A stretch of DNA of 64,000 nt from Octopus vulgaris (lineage: Eukaryota): NCBI GenBank assembly GCA_951406725.2, contig OX597822.1, forward strand, positions 77,562,001-77,626,000, given 5' to 3'. Positions 13,449 to 27,465 of this stretch are shown here, piece by piece. Position numbers and translations under genes: made by a program. The notes beneath the pieces are model-generated. The model did not search any database. It saw nothing but the letters and a program-made list of their open reading frames with translations, and was not told the origin of the DNA. The stretch's first letter is position 1; each line of letters begins with the position of its first letter.

Positions 13449-13665
13449 GAAGTCTGATCAGTAAGTATACGGATTGTTGCCATAGTAACGAAGCTAAAGC
13501 ACTCAGAGTGACGCTGCTTGGCAAAGATTGACCTTGAACTTTGCTGTGCATGTGCACTAAGTTTTAATGTTCTAGCTCACTTCTGCTGTTTACAGCAATG
13601 CTTGGAAGGAAGGTGTGCAGCACATGAGTGTCGCATTGACCATGACAGAGAAAGTCGAGCAGGGA
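13449..13665 (+). mobile_element. Mariner-like transposon left end
   Basis: TA followed by TGAAGTCTGATCAGTAAGTATACGGA resembles a mariner TIR. No right end is seen. Confidence 0.4.
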
Positions 13666-14812
13666 ATCAGCATCAAAACACCCATTACACTCTTGGAGTG
13701 GTTGGCATTAGGAAGGGCATCCAGCCATAGAAAACCATGCCAAATCAGACTGTAGTCTGGTGCAGCCTCCCAGTCTGCCAGCCCGGCAACAAACATTAAA
13801 TGATGATGATGATGGTATATTTATGCAATTTACATTAAAATATTTTTTATTTCATCAAATAGTTTTAACATTATGCTAGATGATATATGATTAAGAGAAA
13901 GCATTTTGCTTTTTTTTTTTTTTTGAAGTTGACAAATCTTAGGTGTGTTTAATGATGATGATGATGATGATCTAAGGCTCATCATCGTCATGGTTGTCAT
14001 CGTTATCATTTAACATCTGTTTTCCATGCTGACCACTTTACAGAGTGTACCAGCTTCTTTTGATGTGGCACTAGCAGTGACAATATGTCACCCATGTAAT
14101 TTGCAAGACAAGACCCCTCAAATGAGGGTGTGGCAGGGGTAAAGTAGTATTGAGAGAAGTGGTTTTATGCCAGTGATCAGAGGTTCAAGAAGGATAGGGA
14201 TCAGAAACAGATGTTTTACTGTAAGGGAGATTCATAGCTACAGACATACATGGCTACCTCTGTTGGCTTTGAAAGAGGTGAGAGAGAAGATCATTTTTAT
14301 ATTTTTTAAAGCTGTAGTTCTCAACCATTTTTCTTTATCTTTGGATTCCTTTAATTCCTATTTCACTCACATGGACTTTAAAAAATCCAATTGTATTATG
14401 AGAATCAAATATCATTAGAAATTATATTCAAATAATTGTTAAAATATTTTATGCATTGTAGAAATATATTTCTACTCTATGCACAAGGCCTTGAAAATTA
14501 GGTGGGATGGGGGCTAGTCGATTATATTGACCCCAGTGTGTAACTCGTACTTATTTCATTGATCCCAAAAGGATGAAAGGCAAAGTCAACCTCAGCAGAA
14601 TTTGAACCCAGAATGTAGCGGCAGATGAAATACTGCTAAGCACTTTGGTCAGTGTGCTAACGATTCTGCCAGCTCATCACCTTTATATTGTAGAAATATC
14701 ACCAGTTTATATTGCTCATAAACTCTAACAAGAAAATCTTATATGGACCCCCAAGAGCCAAATGGACCCCAGTTGAGAACCACTGTCTGAAAGGGATAAT
14801 AAAAAACATAAT

Positions 14813-15256
14813 TTTTTTTTTCTCTCTAGTTTCAGCTCAGAGCTGCGGCCATGCTGATGCACCGCCATTTTGCTACACTGTTACTACTAAGAGCCTCCTC
14901 TAATATGTGGAACTTGGTGAGGAATGGAGTTTGATATAGCTACCCTCATTTGCACCTCTTGCCATGAGGTAGGTTCATCTGGGACTCTCAACAGGAAGAG
15001 GTCCAGCTTTGATTTAAAATCCCCTACATCTACTTTGTGCAAGTTCCTCAGACTCTTTGGGAGAATATTAAAAAGCTGTGGGCCCTTGAAACCCAGCCTA
15101 CTGCAGTAACTGGTCCTGAAGCGTGATGGCATTGCTGTGATCTTTGGCACTATGCAGTATCGTCCCGTTCTGGCATTGGTGTAGCTTTCAGTGCCAAAAT
15201 TTGGCACAATTCCTTCCAGGATCTTCCAGATATATATTACTGCATACTTCTCCCGA
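14813..15256 (-). mobile_element. 5'-truncated CR1-group LINE 3' end
   Basis: Translation REKYAVIYIWKILEGIVPN..GPQLFNILPKSLR..FKSKLDLFLLRVPDEP, ending at 14887. The 3' UTR stem-loop is shared with SINE family A, followed by an A-rich tail. Confidence 0.8.
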
Positions 15257-17200
15257 TTTTAAAAAATCGCCGCTTTAACATTAATTTTCTCAAGAGAACA
15301 CATAACTAAAACAAACACGTAAAGGATTTGTAATTGCTCTGGAGTATTGTTTTCATTTCATAACACCAATGTTAAAAAACATTTGGTTATTAAATTAACA
15401 GTGTTGAAAATAATAGGTTTCCTATTACAATAAGAGTAACTCATTACAAACAGAAAATGAAAATATGATTAGTTATATGAAAGACTCCATAAAAGAAATT
15501 TATGAATGGAGATGTATGGTTGTCCTACAAAAAGAATTAAACAAGATCAAACACCTAAATATACAATTACAAGTTGTAATGTTGTATAACATAGAATCGC
15601 TGGCTTTCAAAACTTATTGCTTCTGTCAGAATTAAAGAACGTCTCTCTCTCTGAACAAAGATCAAATTATATAATACATATATGTAAGGTATAATACAAC
15701 AGAGTAGTAAGACAGGATTTAAATGTAAAAGATACAGGAAGGTTGGAAGACATTATACTCCACTAGAAATACAATGTTTGTATGCATACATGACAGATCA
15801 CAGGCAAGATGGTGGAGGTGCATGGCTTACTGGTTTAAGGTGTTGGAGTCGTGATCGTAAGATTGTGGTTTCATTTCCTGGACCAGGCAGTGCAATTTGT
15901 TCTTGAGAAAAACAATTTATTTTACATTGCTCCAGTCCTTTCACCTGGTTGAATGAATAATCCTGCAACAGACTGATATCCCATTCAGTGGGGAGTATAT
16001 GTGCCTTGGAAACCAGGGGACTGGCCCTATGGGTTTATATGACTCTGAAAAGATCTTTAAACTTTTTTAACAGGTGAGATGAGAGAATAACCAAGCATTA
16101 GAAGATTAAGTTATAGTGTTCAAAAATAAAGGCAGTGTTTCTACAGGTATATGGTGCATATAAAGAATAATAGTTGGGCAGAAAAGTGTGATTTGATTCA
16201 AAGAAAGATCATGGAAAAAGTAGTGGGTTCCAATTTTAGGATATTGAATTTCCCAAAAGATGAATTGTAATGAGTGGTGAGATGTTGTGTTAAATCAGAC
16301 CTGCCTAACCCATGCCATCATAGAAATATAAAGATGCTTTGTTGTTACAGAAAAATAGTTGGTACCAACTGGAACATGGATGGCATTTTGGAATGGTGTT
16401 CAGCTCAAGAAACCATGCCAAAGCTGACTGAGGTTTTACACTGTCTTGTGGCCCATTGGATCCTGTCAAACCATCCAACCCATGCCAGCATGGAAAAAAA
16501 ATCCATTAAATAATAATTATCTATCTTGGGAGGGTCATTTTTGTCTATAAGACACACACTGGTTCTCTTTTACTTCTTTGATTATCATTAGACAATTTAA
16601 AGTGGTGAGCTGGCAGAATCATTAACTAGTTAGACAAAATGTTCAGTGGCAGTTCTTCCAGCTTTATATTCCGAGTTCAAATCCCACCAGGGTCCACTTT
16701 ATCTTTCATCCCTCAATGTTCAATAAAATAAAGTACAACTCAAGTACTGGGATTGCTGGTACCTATTAATCCTCTCCTGCTAAATTTGGTGGCCTTGTGC
16801 CAAAATTTGAAAACCATTTTCATTAACCAACTTAATAATCAGATTGTCACAGTCCTTTTGTCACCATTTATCACCTCAAAAATGACATTATCTCATTACT
16901 CTAGGTCTGTCTTGTCTCCAAACTTTGGTGTTTATGCTTCTGGAAATGTGTGTGCACATGCGTGCTCATGGACAGTGTACCATAGATGTACACACTCATT
17001 CAATCACTCACTTGCACATATCCACAGAGTTTCATTGCAACAATAAAAGTTTATAGACATTGGGGCAGAATAACTTGAACATATCATTAGTGAAGTTGCA
17101 AATAGCAACAGACTTTGACAAACTAATAAATTGATTAATTGATTGAACTATTAATCAAGGAATCAATTAGTTAATAGGTTAATTGCTTAACCAGTTGACT

Positions 17201-17346
17201 AATAATCCTTCGAACAGGAGAGGTCATCAACTTCCCCTTCCTGGCTTGGCAACCACAGACCGGTTTCTGGGTAGTTGTCTCTAATCAATGTGGAGCAGCC
17301 GAGTCCAGCAGGGGTCGCTATTGACCGTCTGTTTGAAGGTTTTATT
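17201..17346 (-). ncRNA. Degenerate hammerhead within a ~145-nt imperfect rod
   Basis: CCACA-UUGAUUA-...-GAAAC CG GUC/UGUGG (17253-17293), with an extended flanking helix CCTTCAAACAG...CTGTTCGAAGG. Confidence 0.5.
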
Positions 17347-17398
17347 TTTATATAACACATTCACTGATAACACATTCACTGATTTTCAAAAATATATA

Positions 17399-17632
17399 CA
17401 GGGTTGGCCAGAAGTCAGCCAACAGTAAATCAAAATTCCATAAATGCAATCTGTAATTCTATATTGACTCAAATGGAAAAATGTGTTGCTCACGGGGGGG
17501 GGGGGACTTCAGTTTGAACAATTTTCATGATGTTTCATAGATGCTTTTATTAAATTCATTCAGTTGTTAAACATAAATAAATCTTGGAATTAAATGGTTT
17601 TGATTACTGTCAGGTGATTTTGGCCAACCCTG
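17399..17632. mobile_element. Tc1/mariner-type MITE
   Basis: TIRs CAGGGTTGGCCA...TGGCCAACCCTG flanked by TA. Confidence 0.75.
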
Positions 17633-18049
17633 TATATATACATATACATACATGTGTTTGTATGTGCATGTACGAAGAAAAGAGGATTATACATCTTCAA
17701 AATTTGTTTATTACAATATTATTTCCATTAAATTCACATTAAATTCCAATCCGACACACGTTTCTGTAGGATAGGTATTGTACATCAAAGGATGATGTAC
17801 TTCAAAGGACATTACGACACCTGTCCAGCTACCCATGTTGGATTGGAATTTAATGAGATTTGTAGTATGATAAACAAATTTTGAAGATGTATAATTCTCC
17901 ATTCTTTGGTATGATGTCTTCATCGTATGCTCTGTATGCTTCATGGAATCCAATGAAGCAAACTCAGGCGTTTCCTGTCAAGTGAAGTACTGTTTAATTG
18001 TTTATTTCTGTATACTCCCTATCATTTGATGTGGTTAGCCAGATCTGGA

Positions 18050-18600
18050 TTATGTGCCTGAGTTCCTTTCAAGCATTGGGCCTCATGGAGGCAAAGTGGC
18101 TGAGTTCCTTTCGAGCATTGGGCCTCATGGAGGCAAAGTGGCTGAGTTCCTTTCGAGCATTGGGCCTCATGGAGGCAAAGTGGCTGAGTTCCTTTTGAGT
18201 GTTGGGCCTTATAGAGGCAAAGTGGCTGAGTTCTTTTTCAGTGTTGGACCTCTTAGAGGCAATGACCGAGACTTTTGGCATTATGTCGTGTTTGAGAAGA
18301 AGACCCATCAAGCCAAGTAAAATTGCAGTCGTGACAGATACTGGTGTCATGCAAATGGCACCCATGCCAGTGGCACATACAAGCACCCATTTCACTTTTG
18401 CAAATGGCACCCGTGCCAGTGGCATGTAAAAGCACCCATTACACTCTCAGAGTGGTTGGCATTAGGAATGGCATCCAGTTGTAGAAAAGCATGCCAAATC
18501 AGACCGGAGCCTGGTGCAGCCTTCCAGTGTGCCAGTCCGGTCAAACCATCCAGCCCATGCCAGCATGGTCAATGGACATTAAATGATGATGATGATGATG
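18050..18600 (+). mobile_element. Family B retroposon with a 42-bp internal minisatellite
   Basis: CTGAGTTCCTTTCGAGCATTGGGCCTCATGGAGGCAAAGTGG repeated about 4.5 times (18058-18265), followed by the family B 3' end. Confidence 0.7.
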
Positions 18601-18659
18601 AATTAATAAGGTCCCTATTCCTTTACATTCTATGTGTGTGTGTGTGTGAGTGTATGTGT

Positions 18660-18980
18660 GTGCATGGCTTAATAGTTAGGGCATTTGGCTCACAATCGTA
18701 AGATTGTGTGTTCCATTCCTGGCGTCGCATTGTGTCCTTGAGCAAGACACTTTATTTCACGTTGCTCATGTCCACTCAGCTGGCAAAAATGAATTGTACC
18801 TGTAATTCAAAAGGGCCAGCCTTGTCACACTCTGTGTCATGCCAAATCTCCCTGAGACCTACATTAAGAGTACACCTATCTGTGGAGTGCTCAGCCACTT
18901 GCACATTAATTTCACGAGGAGGCTGTTACATTGATCGATTCAGCTGGAACCCTCAACTTCATAACTGATGGATTGCCAAT
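18660..18980 (+). mobile_element. tRNA-derived SINE, family D
   Basis: GCATGGCTTAATAGTTAG..TGTGTCCTTGAGCAAGACACTT..CCACTCAGCTG. Other copies lie at about 15813-16060, 30020-30230, 47885-48175 and 54270-54525(-). Confidence 0.7.
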
Positions 18981-19139
18981 GTATCTTCATCATCATCATC
19001 ATCATCATTATGTGTGCATGTGATAAAGTGTTACAGGTAGATTGATGAACCTGTCTGCCATATTGTTTTATTTCTTATCCTTCCATTACTCCAAATTGCA
19101 AACCATTTCCCTCCTCCTTCTTGTAATAAGTTAGCTACT

Positions 19140-19471
19140 GCTAAGACCACCACTGCCACCACCAATATTCTTATCTCCATCTTGACTACCATCACTGCCC
19201 TTGCCACCTTCACCATTGCTATTTTCTTATCAATTTCAAGATCACTTACTCTGCTGTGGCCACTACCACCACCACCACCATCACCATTATCGTCATCAGC
19301 ACCGTTGTCTTTATTGATATAATTAGCACCATCATCATTATCACCATCACCACTACCATTGCTATCACCATCACTATAATCATCCTAATCATGATCCTCC
19401 TCCTCATCATCATCATCATAATCATTGCCACTACCAACACCATCATCCTTGTTGTCATAATCATTGGCATC

Positions 19472-19505
<34 letters not shown>

Positions 19506-19545
19506 TCATCACCTTTGTCTACATCCACTTCCCCACCATCACCAC
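19140..19545. repeat. Degenerate (CAT/CAC)n trinucleotide repeat
   Basis: Direct inspection. It explains the Ile/Thr-rich and Met/Val-rich pseudo-ORFs. Confidence 0.85.
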
Positions 19546-20288
19546 AAGGGACATCCACTCAGCTAAGTTTCTTGAAACCTATACACACTTAAACAGTCAC
19601 TATCTCCTCACTGTTCTTTGAATTCCTCTCTCTCCCTCCCTCTCTCTCACTACTCCCCCTCCACCACCATCACCATCACCACTAGCTTCCATCCTCCACT
19701 CCATCCTACTTCAACCAACCAACAGTTCATTAACTCTTTTATAGTCATATCGTTCTCCTCTTGCTTCTGTTGAGGTCACAGCTGCTGTTGGTGGTCCTTA
19801 CCTCTATAGTTAGCACTTATCTCTGAGTTGCTGTTGTTATTGGAAACACTATCAAGAGATATGTGCGCATGTGTTTGCGTATATCTAGGTATATATGTAC
19901 ATACATATGTATGTGTGTGTGCGTATGCATGCTTGTGTTTTCATGTGTGTGTCCATTGTGTATTTATATGTGTATGTGTGTATTCATATAAAGAAATACC
20001 ATCATTGTCATCATCATCATCATCATTCTATATCAGTTTTCCATGCTGGCATGGGTTGGACAATTTAACTAGAGCTGGCATGCTGGAGAGCTACAGAAGG
20101 TTCCAGTTGGATTTGGCATGGTTTCTATTGCTCGATGCCCTTCCTAATGCCAACCACTTTACAGAGTGTGCTGGGTGCTTTTTACATGGCACTACCACAA
20201 GTACCTCTTATGTGGCACTGGCACAGGTCTATTTTATGTGGCCCAGCACGAATGCTATTTATATCGCCTGGCACAGTTGCTTTTTAAG

Positions 20289-20360
<72 letters not shown>

Positions 20361-20364
<4 letters not shown>

Positions 20365-21292
20365 CAGTCCACCTGTGCATACCTTCCTTCCTTCTTGTGA
20401 CACTTGTGAAGACCTGTGAAGACCTGTTGAGGCAAGTGAAAATCAAATCAAATCAAATCAAAATAGATGAACATCAATGGAATTTGTATCTTGTGGTACC
20501 AGTGCCGGTGGCACACAAGAAAACCATCCGAACGTGGCCGTAGCCAGTACCGCATCGACTGGCCTCCGTGCTGTGGGCACGCAACAAACACCATCCGATC
20601 GTGGCCGTTCGCCAGCCTCATCTGGCACCTGTGTCGGTGGCACATAAAAACACCATCCGAAGACCCGGCAAGACTAGTCAGGCCATAACCCGTGGCCCCT
20701 ACCTGGGACGTAGTCAGTCCACCTGTGCATACCTTCCTTCTTGTGACACTTGTGAAGACCTGTTGAGGCAAGTGAAAATCAAATCAAATCAAATCAAAAC
20801 AAATCAAAATAGATGAACATCAATGGAATTTGTATCTTTGTGGTACCAGTGCCGGTGGCACACAAGAAAATCATCCGAACGTGGCCGTAGCCAGTACCGC
20901 ATAGACTGGCCTCCGTGCTTTGGGGACGTAACAAACACCATCCGATCGTGGCCGTCCGCCAGCCTCATCGGGCACCTGTGTCGGTGGCACATAAAAACAC
21001 CATCCGAGCGTGGCCGTCTGCCAGCCTCGTCTGGCACCTGTGTCGGTGGCACATAAAAACACCATCCGAGCGTGGCCGTTCGCCAGCCTCGTCTGGCACC
21101 TGTGTCGGTGGCACATAAAATCACCCACTACACTCTCGGAGTGGTTGGCGTTAGGAAGGGCATCCAGCTGTAGAAACACTGCCAGATCTGACTGGCCTGG
21201 TGCAGCCTTCGGGCTCCCCAGACCCCAGTTGAACCGTCCAACCCATGCTAGCATGGAAAACGGACGCTAAATGATGATGATGATGATGATGA
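20361..21292 (+). mobile_element. Family B retroposon with an (ATG)n tail, internal ~60-bp tandem units and a ~350-bp internal duplication
   Basis: 3' end GAGTGGTTGGCGTTAGGAAGGGCATCCAGCTGTAGAAA...CCATGCTAGCATGGAAAACGGACG-(ATG)n. 20361-20710 is repeated from 20711. Other copies lie at about 505-652, 5352-5590, 8640-9060, 9470-9635, 13680-13815, 23150-23440, 32770-33350, 34115-34550, 34985-35290 and 58970-59390. Confidence 0.75.
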
Positions 21293-21387
21293 TATATAAT
21301 CAAAATAAGCAACAAGAATGTCTTCTTGTATGTATATACATATATATATATATGTATGTATATACATATATATATATATGTATGTAT

Positions 21388-21428
<41 letters not shown>

Positions 21429-22859
21429 TGCATACATATATACACATACATACATGTATATATGTATGTATACACACACACACACATACATACATATATG
21501 GAGCAAATAATTCACGAGGAAAAATAATTCTCAAAAAATAATTTGCCTCTGTTATTATCTAGTGTAATAGATAATAATTTGACTCTGTTATTATCTAGTG
21601 TAACAATTTAAAAAGGATAATAACAGAATCAATAATATAGGTGATTGCAGACCCCACAAAATCCTTCAGCTATATATATATAAAGCACCTTTGGAGTGCT
21701 GAGCTTCACAGCTAATGTGGCCAGTGCTAGTGCCACATAACTAGCACCCATGCTGGTGGCACGTAAAAAGAACCTTTCAAGCATTGGGCCTCACGAAGAC
21801 AATTACAAATGACCAAGACCTTCAAGCAATATGCTTTGCTTGATAAGAAGACCCATCAAACCAAGTGAAATAATAGTCGTGGCTATTATTACTCTCTTGG
21901 AGTGGTCGGTGTTAGGAAGGGCATCCACCCATAGAAAACCATGCCAAATCAATGAGTCTCGTGCAGCCCTTCAGCTTACCATTCTTGGTCAAACCATCCA
22001 AACCATTCTAGCATGGACAATGGACGTTAAATGACGATGATGATGGTGATGGCGATGATGATGATGATGATATCAACAGCAGCAGTAGCATCATTGTTTC
22101 AATACCTGTTCCTTACATGGAGTTTGTTAAGACAAACATTTTATGACCAGATGCCATTCCTATTGCCACCCCTCACCTGATTCCTTGTAAGGTAACAAAT
22201 CCCCATGGCCAGACATATTTCCAGGCAAGATAAAAAATGAAGGACACTGCTTTCGCAAAGGTAACATGTGTTTATGATTATCACATGCCATCAAGAAAAA
22301 AGTAAGTATAATACACGCTCCATATACACACTCCCTACTTTTAGTTTCTGTCTACCGAATCCACTCACAAGGCTTTGGTCAGTCTGGGCTATAGTAGAAG
22401 ATGCCTTAACGGTGATGATGATGAGTGGCAGTGGTGGTGGTGAATAATGATGAAGGATTACTCATTGCTTTTTGTTGAGTTCCCATTTATTATTCTTTGA
22501 CGAGAATAATAAACAAGAATAATCCTTTCTACTGGAGGCACAAGGTCTCAAATTTGTGGGCAGGGGACTAGTTGATTAAATTGACCCTCAGCGTTTCACT
22601 GGTACTTAGTTTATCAACTGCAAAAGGATGAAAGGCAAAGTTGACCTCGGTGGAATTTGAACTCAGAACTTAGCGACAGATGACATACTGCTAAACATTT
22701 CGCCTGGTGTGCTAATGATTCTGGTTAGCTCGCCACCTTAATAAACAAGAATAATAAAATAATAAATATTATTCTTTGACTGCAAAGTTCCAATCTGTTT
22801 AACCTTTATTGGACTCTCCAATAAACTTCAAAGTCACAATCAGCACTATTCTTGTTTAT

Positions 22860-22912
<53 letters not shown>

Positions 22913-23109
22913 TCTTTTCTACTATAGGCACAAGGCCTGAAATTTTGGGGGAAGGGACTAGCCGATTACATTGACTCCAGTGTTTCACTGGTACTTAGTT
23001 TATCAAAGGATGAAAGGCTAAGTCAACCTCGGCAGAATTTGAACTCAGATGGACAAAATCCCTCTAAGCATTTCAACCAGTGTGTTAGCAATTCTGCGAG
23101 ATCACTGCC

Positions 23110-23150
<41 letters not shown>

Positions 23151-24111
23151 CATTGTTTAACATTCGCTTTCCATGCAAGCATGGGTTGGATGATTTGACT
23201 GAGGATTGGCGAACCAGATGGCTGCACCAGGCTCTAATCTGATCTGGTAGAGTGTCTACAGCTGGATGCCCTTCCTAACACCAACTACTCCAAGAGTGTA
23301 GTGGGTGCTTTTACGTGCCACCGGTACGAGGGCCAGTCAGGTGGTACTGGCAACGGCCACGCTCAAATGGTGTTTTTTTACATGCCACCTGCACAGGAGC
23401 CAGTCCAGCAGCACTGCCAACGACCTCACTCGAATATTTTTTCACAATGATAATATATGAGTGTGTGTATGTATAAAAATACACGCACACACACATACAT
23501 ACATACATACATACATACATACATACATACATAGACACACACATAGAAGTAAGCATATAGGTGCAAAATGGTTGGAAAATAGTACTAGAAAACTAAAGGT
23601 AGAGCAATGTATTGTTTTATTAAAACTGATAAACAGTATTATGACAACTGTCTGGTAAACAGTCACATGAAACACTGAGTAACAGATTGTGAAGATTTTA
23701 ACAAAATAATGTGTGTGTGTGTGTATGTGTTTTGTACACATGAACACAGAGTTTGGAAGAATCTGACATGCATGCTGACCAACAAATACACTAAAACCAC
23801 AAGTGACCACTAAGGACGGCTGAATAAACTGCCAAAGACTAGAGAGAGAGAGAGAGAAAGAATAAATAAATGTTACTGAGATGTATGCACAAGGATTACC
23901 AAGACATGCACCAAGACATGGCTTACAGCTCAGACATTCTCCAATAACAGTGAATCTGTGTATTAAAGTCGTTTCCTTGTCATCATTATTGGTTTATTAT
24001 TAGTTCCCTCAGACTGTTGACGCTACTTGGGTAATGATGTTATTTTGCAAATACTAGTTGAGATATGTGTTGAGATGTGTGCACATATTTGCATGACTGT
24101 CTGTGTGCATC

Positions 24112-24144
<33 letters not shown>

Positions 24145-24148
24145 ATGC

Positions 24149-24189
<41 letters not shown>

Positions 24190-25115
24190 CATAACTATAC
24201 ATATATAAATACTTTATGTATATATATATATATATATATATATCTTGTTATAATTTTGCTCCAGTTTTTCCAAAATTTTTCTCTTAATTTTTTCTCTCTT
24301 TTTTCTACTTTAATTTGTTTATTTTTCTCATTTTTCCCCTCGTGTTTCCATTTTCTTTCTAGCCTTCTATTTATACATTTACATTCACCTCTATTGCAAT
24401 TCTTTTCTTCCTCCATGTGCCTCGTTATTTTCTTCCTTTCCTTCACAGAACTAAATGTTTTTCATCTCCCCCATACCAGTTCCACTTTTTTTACAATTTT
24501 TGTTCCACTTTCATTCATAACTTCCTTCTATATTACAGCATCTCAGTCCCATACCCTGATGCACACTTCTGTCCCCTCCCCACATTTCTATCACCTTCCA
24601 TCCCACCTCACAATCCCACCTGTTCCCACTTTCTTACTTCCATCCTTTATTTATATAAACCAACATCCCATACAACCACAGATCTGCCCAACGCTCCCCT
24701 TATACCTATTTCAAAGCACAAATACACACCTGTACATGCACACACACCTGCCTCTTTCTCTCTTAGAACTGCATACTCACCTGGCTTCTAAATCCCTCAT
24801 TTGATCTTTCTTTTCTCTCTTCTTAACCATTTTTCTTCTTTCATACTCCTCCTATACTTTTCTTCTTCTGAAGAGCTAATGTCTGAAACACCGAGACTCT
24901 TTCCCTTCCCTCTTTTAAGCCTTGAACTAATACAACACATTTTAAAGCTTGGCCCTTTCCTTTTTGTTTCATTTTTGTTCATTGCTGTCGTAACACAAAC
25001 ACACACACATGCACGTATTTCATACATTTGCATGTAGTATTTCATGCACAGAGAGGTTGTAACCCTGTAAATATCTGAGAGTTATCTCCTTGTCATTTTA
25101 AGTTTAACTAGTGCC

Positions 25116-25146
<31 letters not shown>

Positions 25147-25869
25147 TCTCTCACACACACACACATACACACACATACACATACTTGCACATATTTCATA
25201 CATTTGCGTGTAGTATTTCATGCATAGAGGGATTGTAACCCCTGTAAATATCTGAGAGTTATCTCCTTGTCATTTTAAGTTCAATTGGGGCCCGCACACA
25301 CTCACAAGCATACACACACACACACACACACTCTCTCTCTCTCTCTCTCTCTCTCCCAAACACATGCTTCAGTGAAGACTAATACTTTACCTTGTGGTAT
25401 TTCTTCTGGGTCTTCACATTCTAATTTTCTTTTTTCCATAGGGAGTCAATTAAAGTACCAATTCAATGCTGGAGCTGACAATATCAACTAACTCCTCTTC
25501 CCCTCAGAATTGCTAGCACTATACACAAACTGGGTACTATTATTGCCAGACATCATAGTTGCTATCCCCATCATTGTCACGATTAACCATGCCTCCACTC
25601 TTGTTTACCACTCACTGGGTTTTCCTCTATCCCCCTATTTACCACTCTCCCCTCACACTCCTACAGCTAATTTATCCACCAGTACAACTCCTCCCATATT
25701 CACCTTCCTGTGTTCCCCCTGGCACCTCTTCATCACCATCTTTCTTTTCCAACTGGGGTACCCATGCGTCTACCCTACTGCAAGACATTTTTTCCCTGTT
25801 CCTCAAGCATACTTGGACTCTTTAGAATTCAGGTTATTCCTTCAAATCTAATTCTTGCTTTTTCTTTTT

Positions 25870-26278
25870 CTTTTATTCTTTTACTTGTTTCAGTCATTTG
25901 AATGCTGCCATGCTGGAGCACCACCCTAAAAGGTTTTAGTCAAAGAAATCGACCCTGGGACTTATTCTTTGTAAGCCTAGAACTTATGCCAAACCGCAAA
26001 GTTACAGGGACATAAACAGACCAGCATCAGCTGTCAAGTGATGATGGGTGGGGACAAACAGACAGACAGACACACACACACACATAGATATATACATATG
26101 TGTGTGTGTATGTACAAAATGTGTCTTTCAGTTTCCATCTACCAAATCCACTCACAAGGCTTTGGCCAGCCTGAGGTTATAGTACAAGACACTTACCCAA
26201 GGTGTCACATAGTGGGACTGAACCTGGAACCATGTGGTTGGGAGCAAGCTTCTTACCACACAACCACTCTTGCACCTA
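25870..26278 (-). mobile_element. SINE family A
   Basis: Homologous to 1602-2015. Confidence 0.75.
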
Positions 26279-26942
26279 TGTTCACATTCTTTTGTATTCT
26301 TCGTGCATCATCCGGTAGCTTTGAGATTTCGATGATGTGGTTGTTTATTTTTAGAAAGACATTGTAGGGGAGGCGTGAGAGTTCTGATCTGGTAATCTGA
26401 ACATAAAGCAGATGGAATATTTGGTGTGGATGCGGCCGGTTTAAATGCTGAAGGGTTAACCTCTCATCACTTGGCATAAAACCACCTTCCTCAATACTTC
26501 CCCCTTGCTCAATTGAGGGGTCTTGCCTTGAAAGTTACTTGGAAACCTCTCTAGTGTTGGTGCCACTCAAAAAGCACCCAGAACACTCTGTGAAGTGGTT
26601 GACATTAGGAAGGGGATCAAGTTCTAGAAACCATGCTAAAACAAACAATCAGCACTTGGTGAAGAGCTTTGGTTCATTGGATCCTGTCAGAGCATCCAAC
26701 CCATGCCAGCCTAGAAAATATAACATTGATTGGTGATGATCATGATTGTGAATTTTTAGTATTATATTGGTTATTAGGAAGGCAAGCTGCTCTGTGGTGT
26801 TTAGTCATATAGATTTAGAGTACCTGTGATTTACTGGGGGATGGGAGCAGGGTGAATGTAATCAGTAAGCTGCAACTCTGTTTCATTCTCTCTTTGCAGA
26901 CTGTCTCTGCATTTCACAACCTCGCTTCTTTGTCACAGTGTG

Positions 26943-26996
<54 letters not shown>

Positions 26997-27126
26997 GTAC
27001 TGATTACTGATATTCATGTGGGTATGGGTGGGTGTGTACATGCGCTTAATTTCAGTAAACACATCAATAAAAAGGTATTTTTTTATTAACCCCTGCCCAA
27101 CCCTGCAACACTTCCATTATCAACCT

Positions 27127-27160
<34 letters not shown>

Positions 27161-27283
27161 TAATCTCTTTTGCAATCTATTACTGCCTCTTTTCATCCCT
27201 TCTCATTCACTCTCTCTCCCCTTACCTAAATTTTAGTAATCATATGAAAGAAATAGTAATCTTCACCCATTGCATTCCACCAC

Positions 27284-27322
<39 letters not shown>

Positions 27323-27415
27323 AATTACAATAACGAAACAAAAACACATGAGATGGTATCCCATTACATTATATCTCTCCATCCTTCAACTGCTCCATCT
27401 ATTTATCTACCTACC

Positions 27416-27465
<50 letters not shown>

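Noticed and set aside
25010-25285. ~95-bp direct repeat as LTRs
   Set aside because: The copies are separated only by a (CA)n tract, which is most simply a local tandem duplication.
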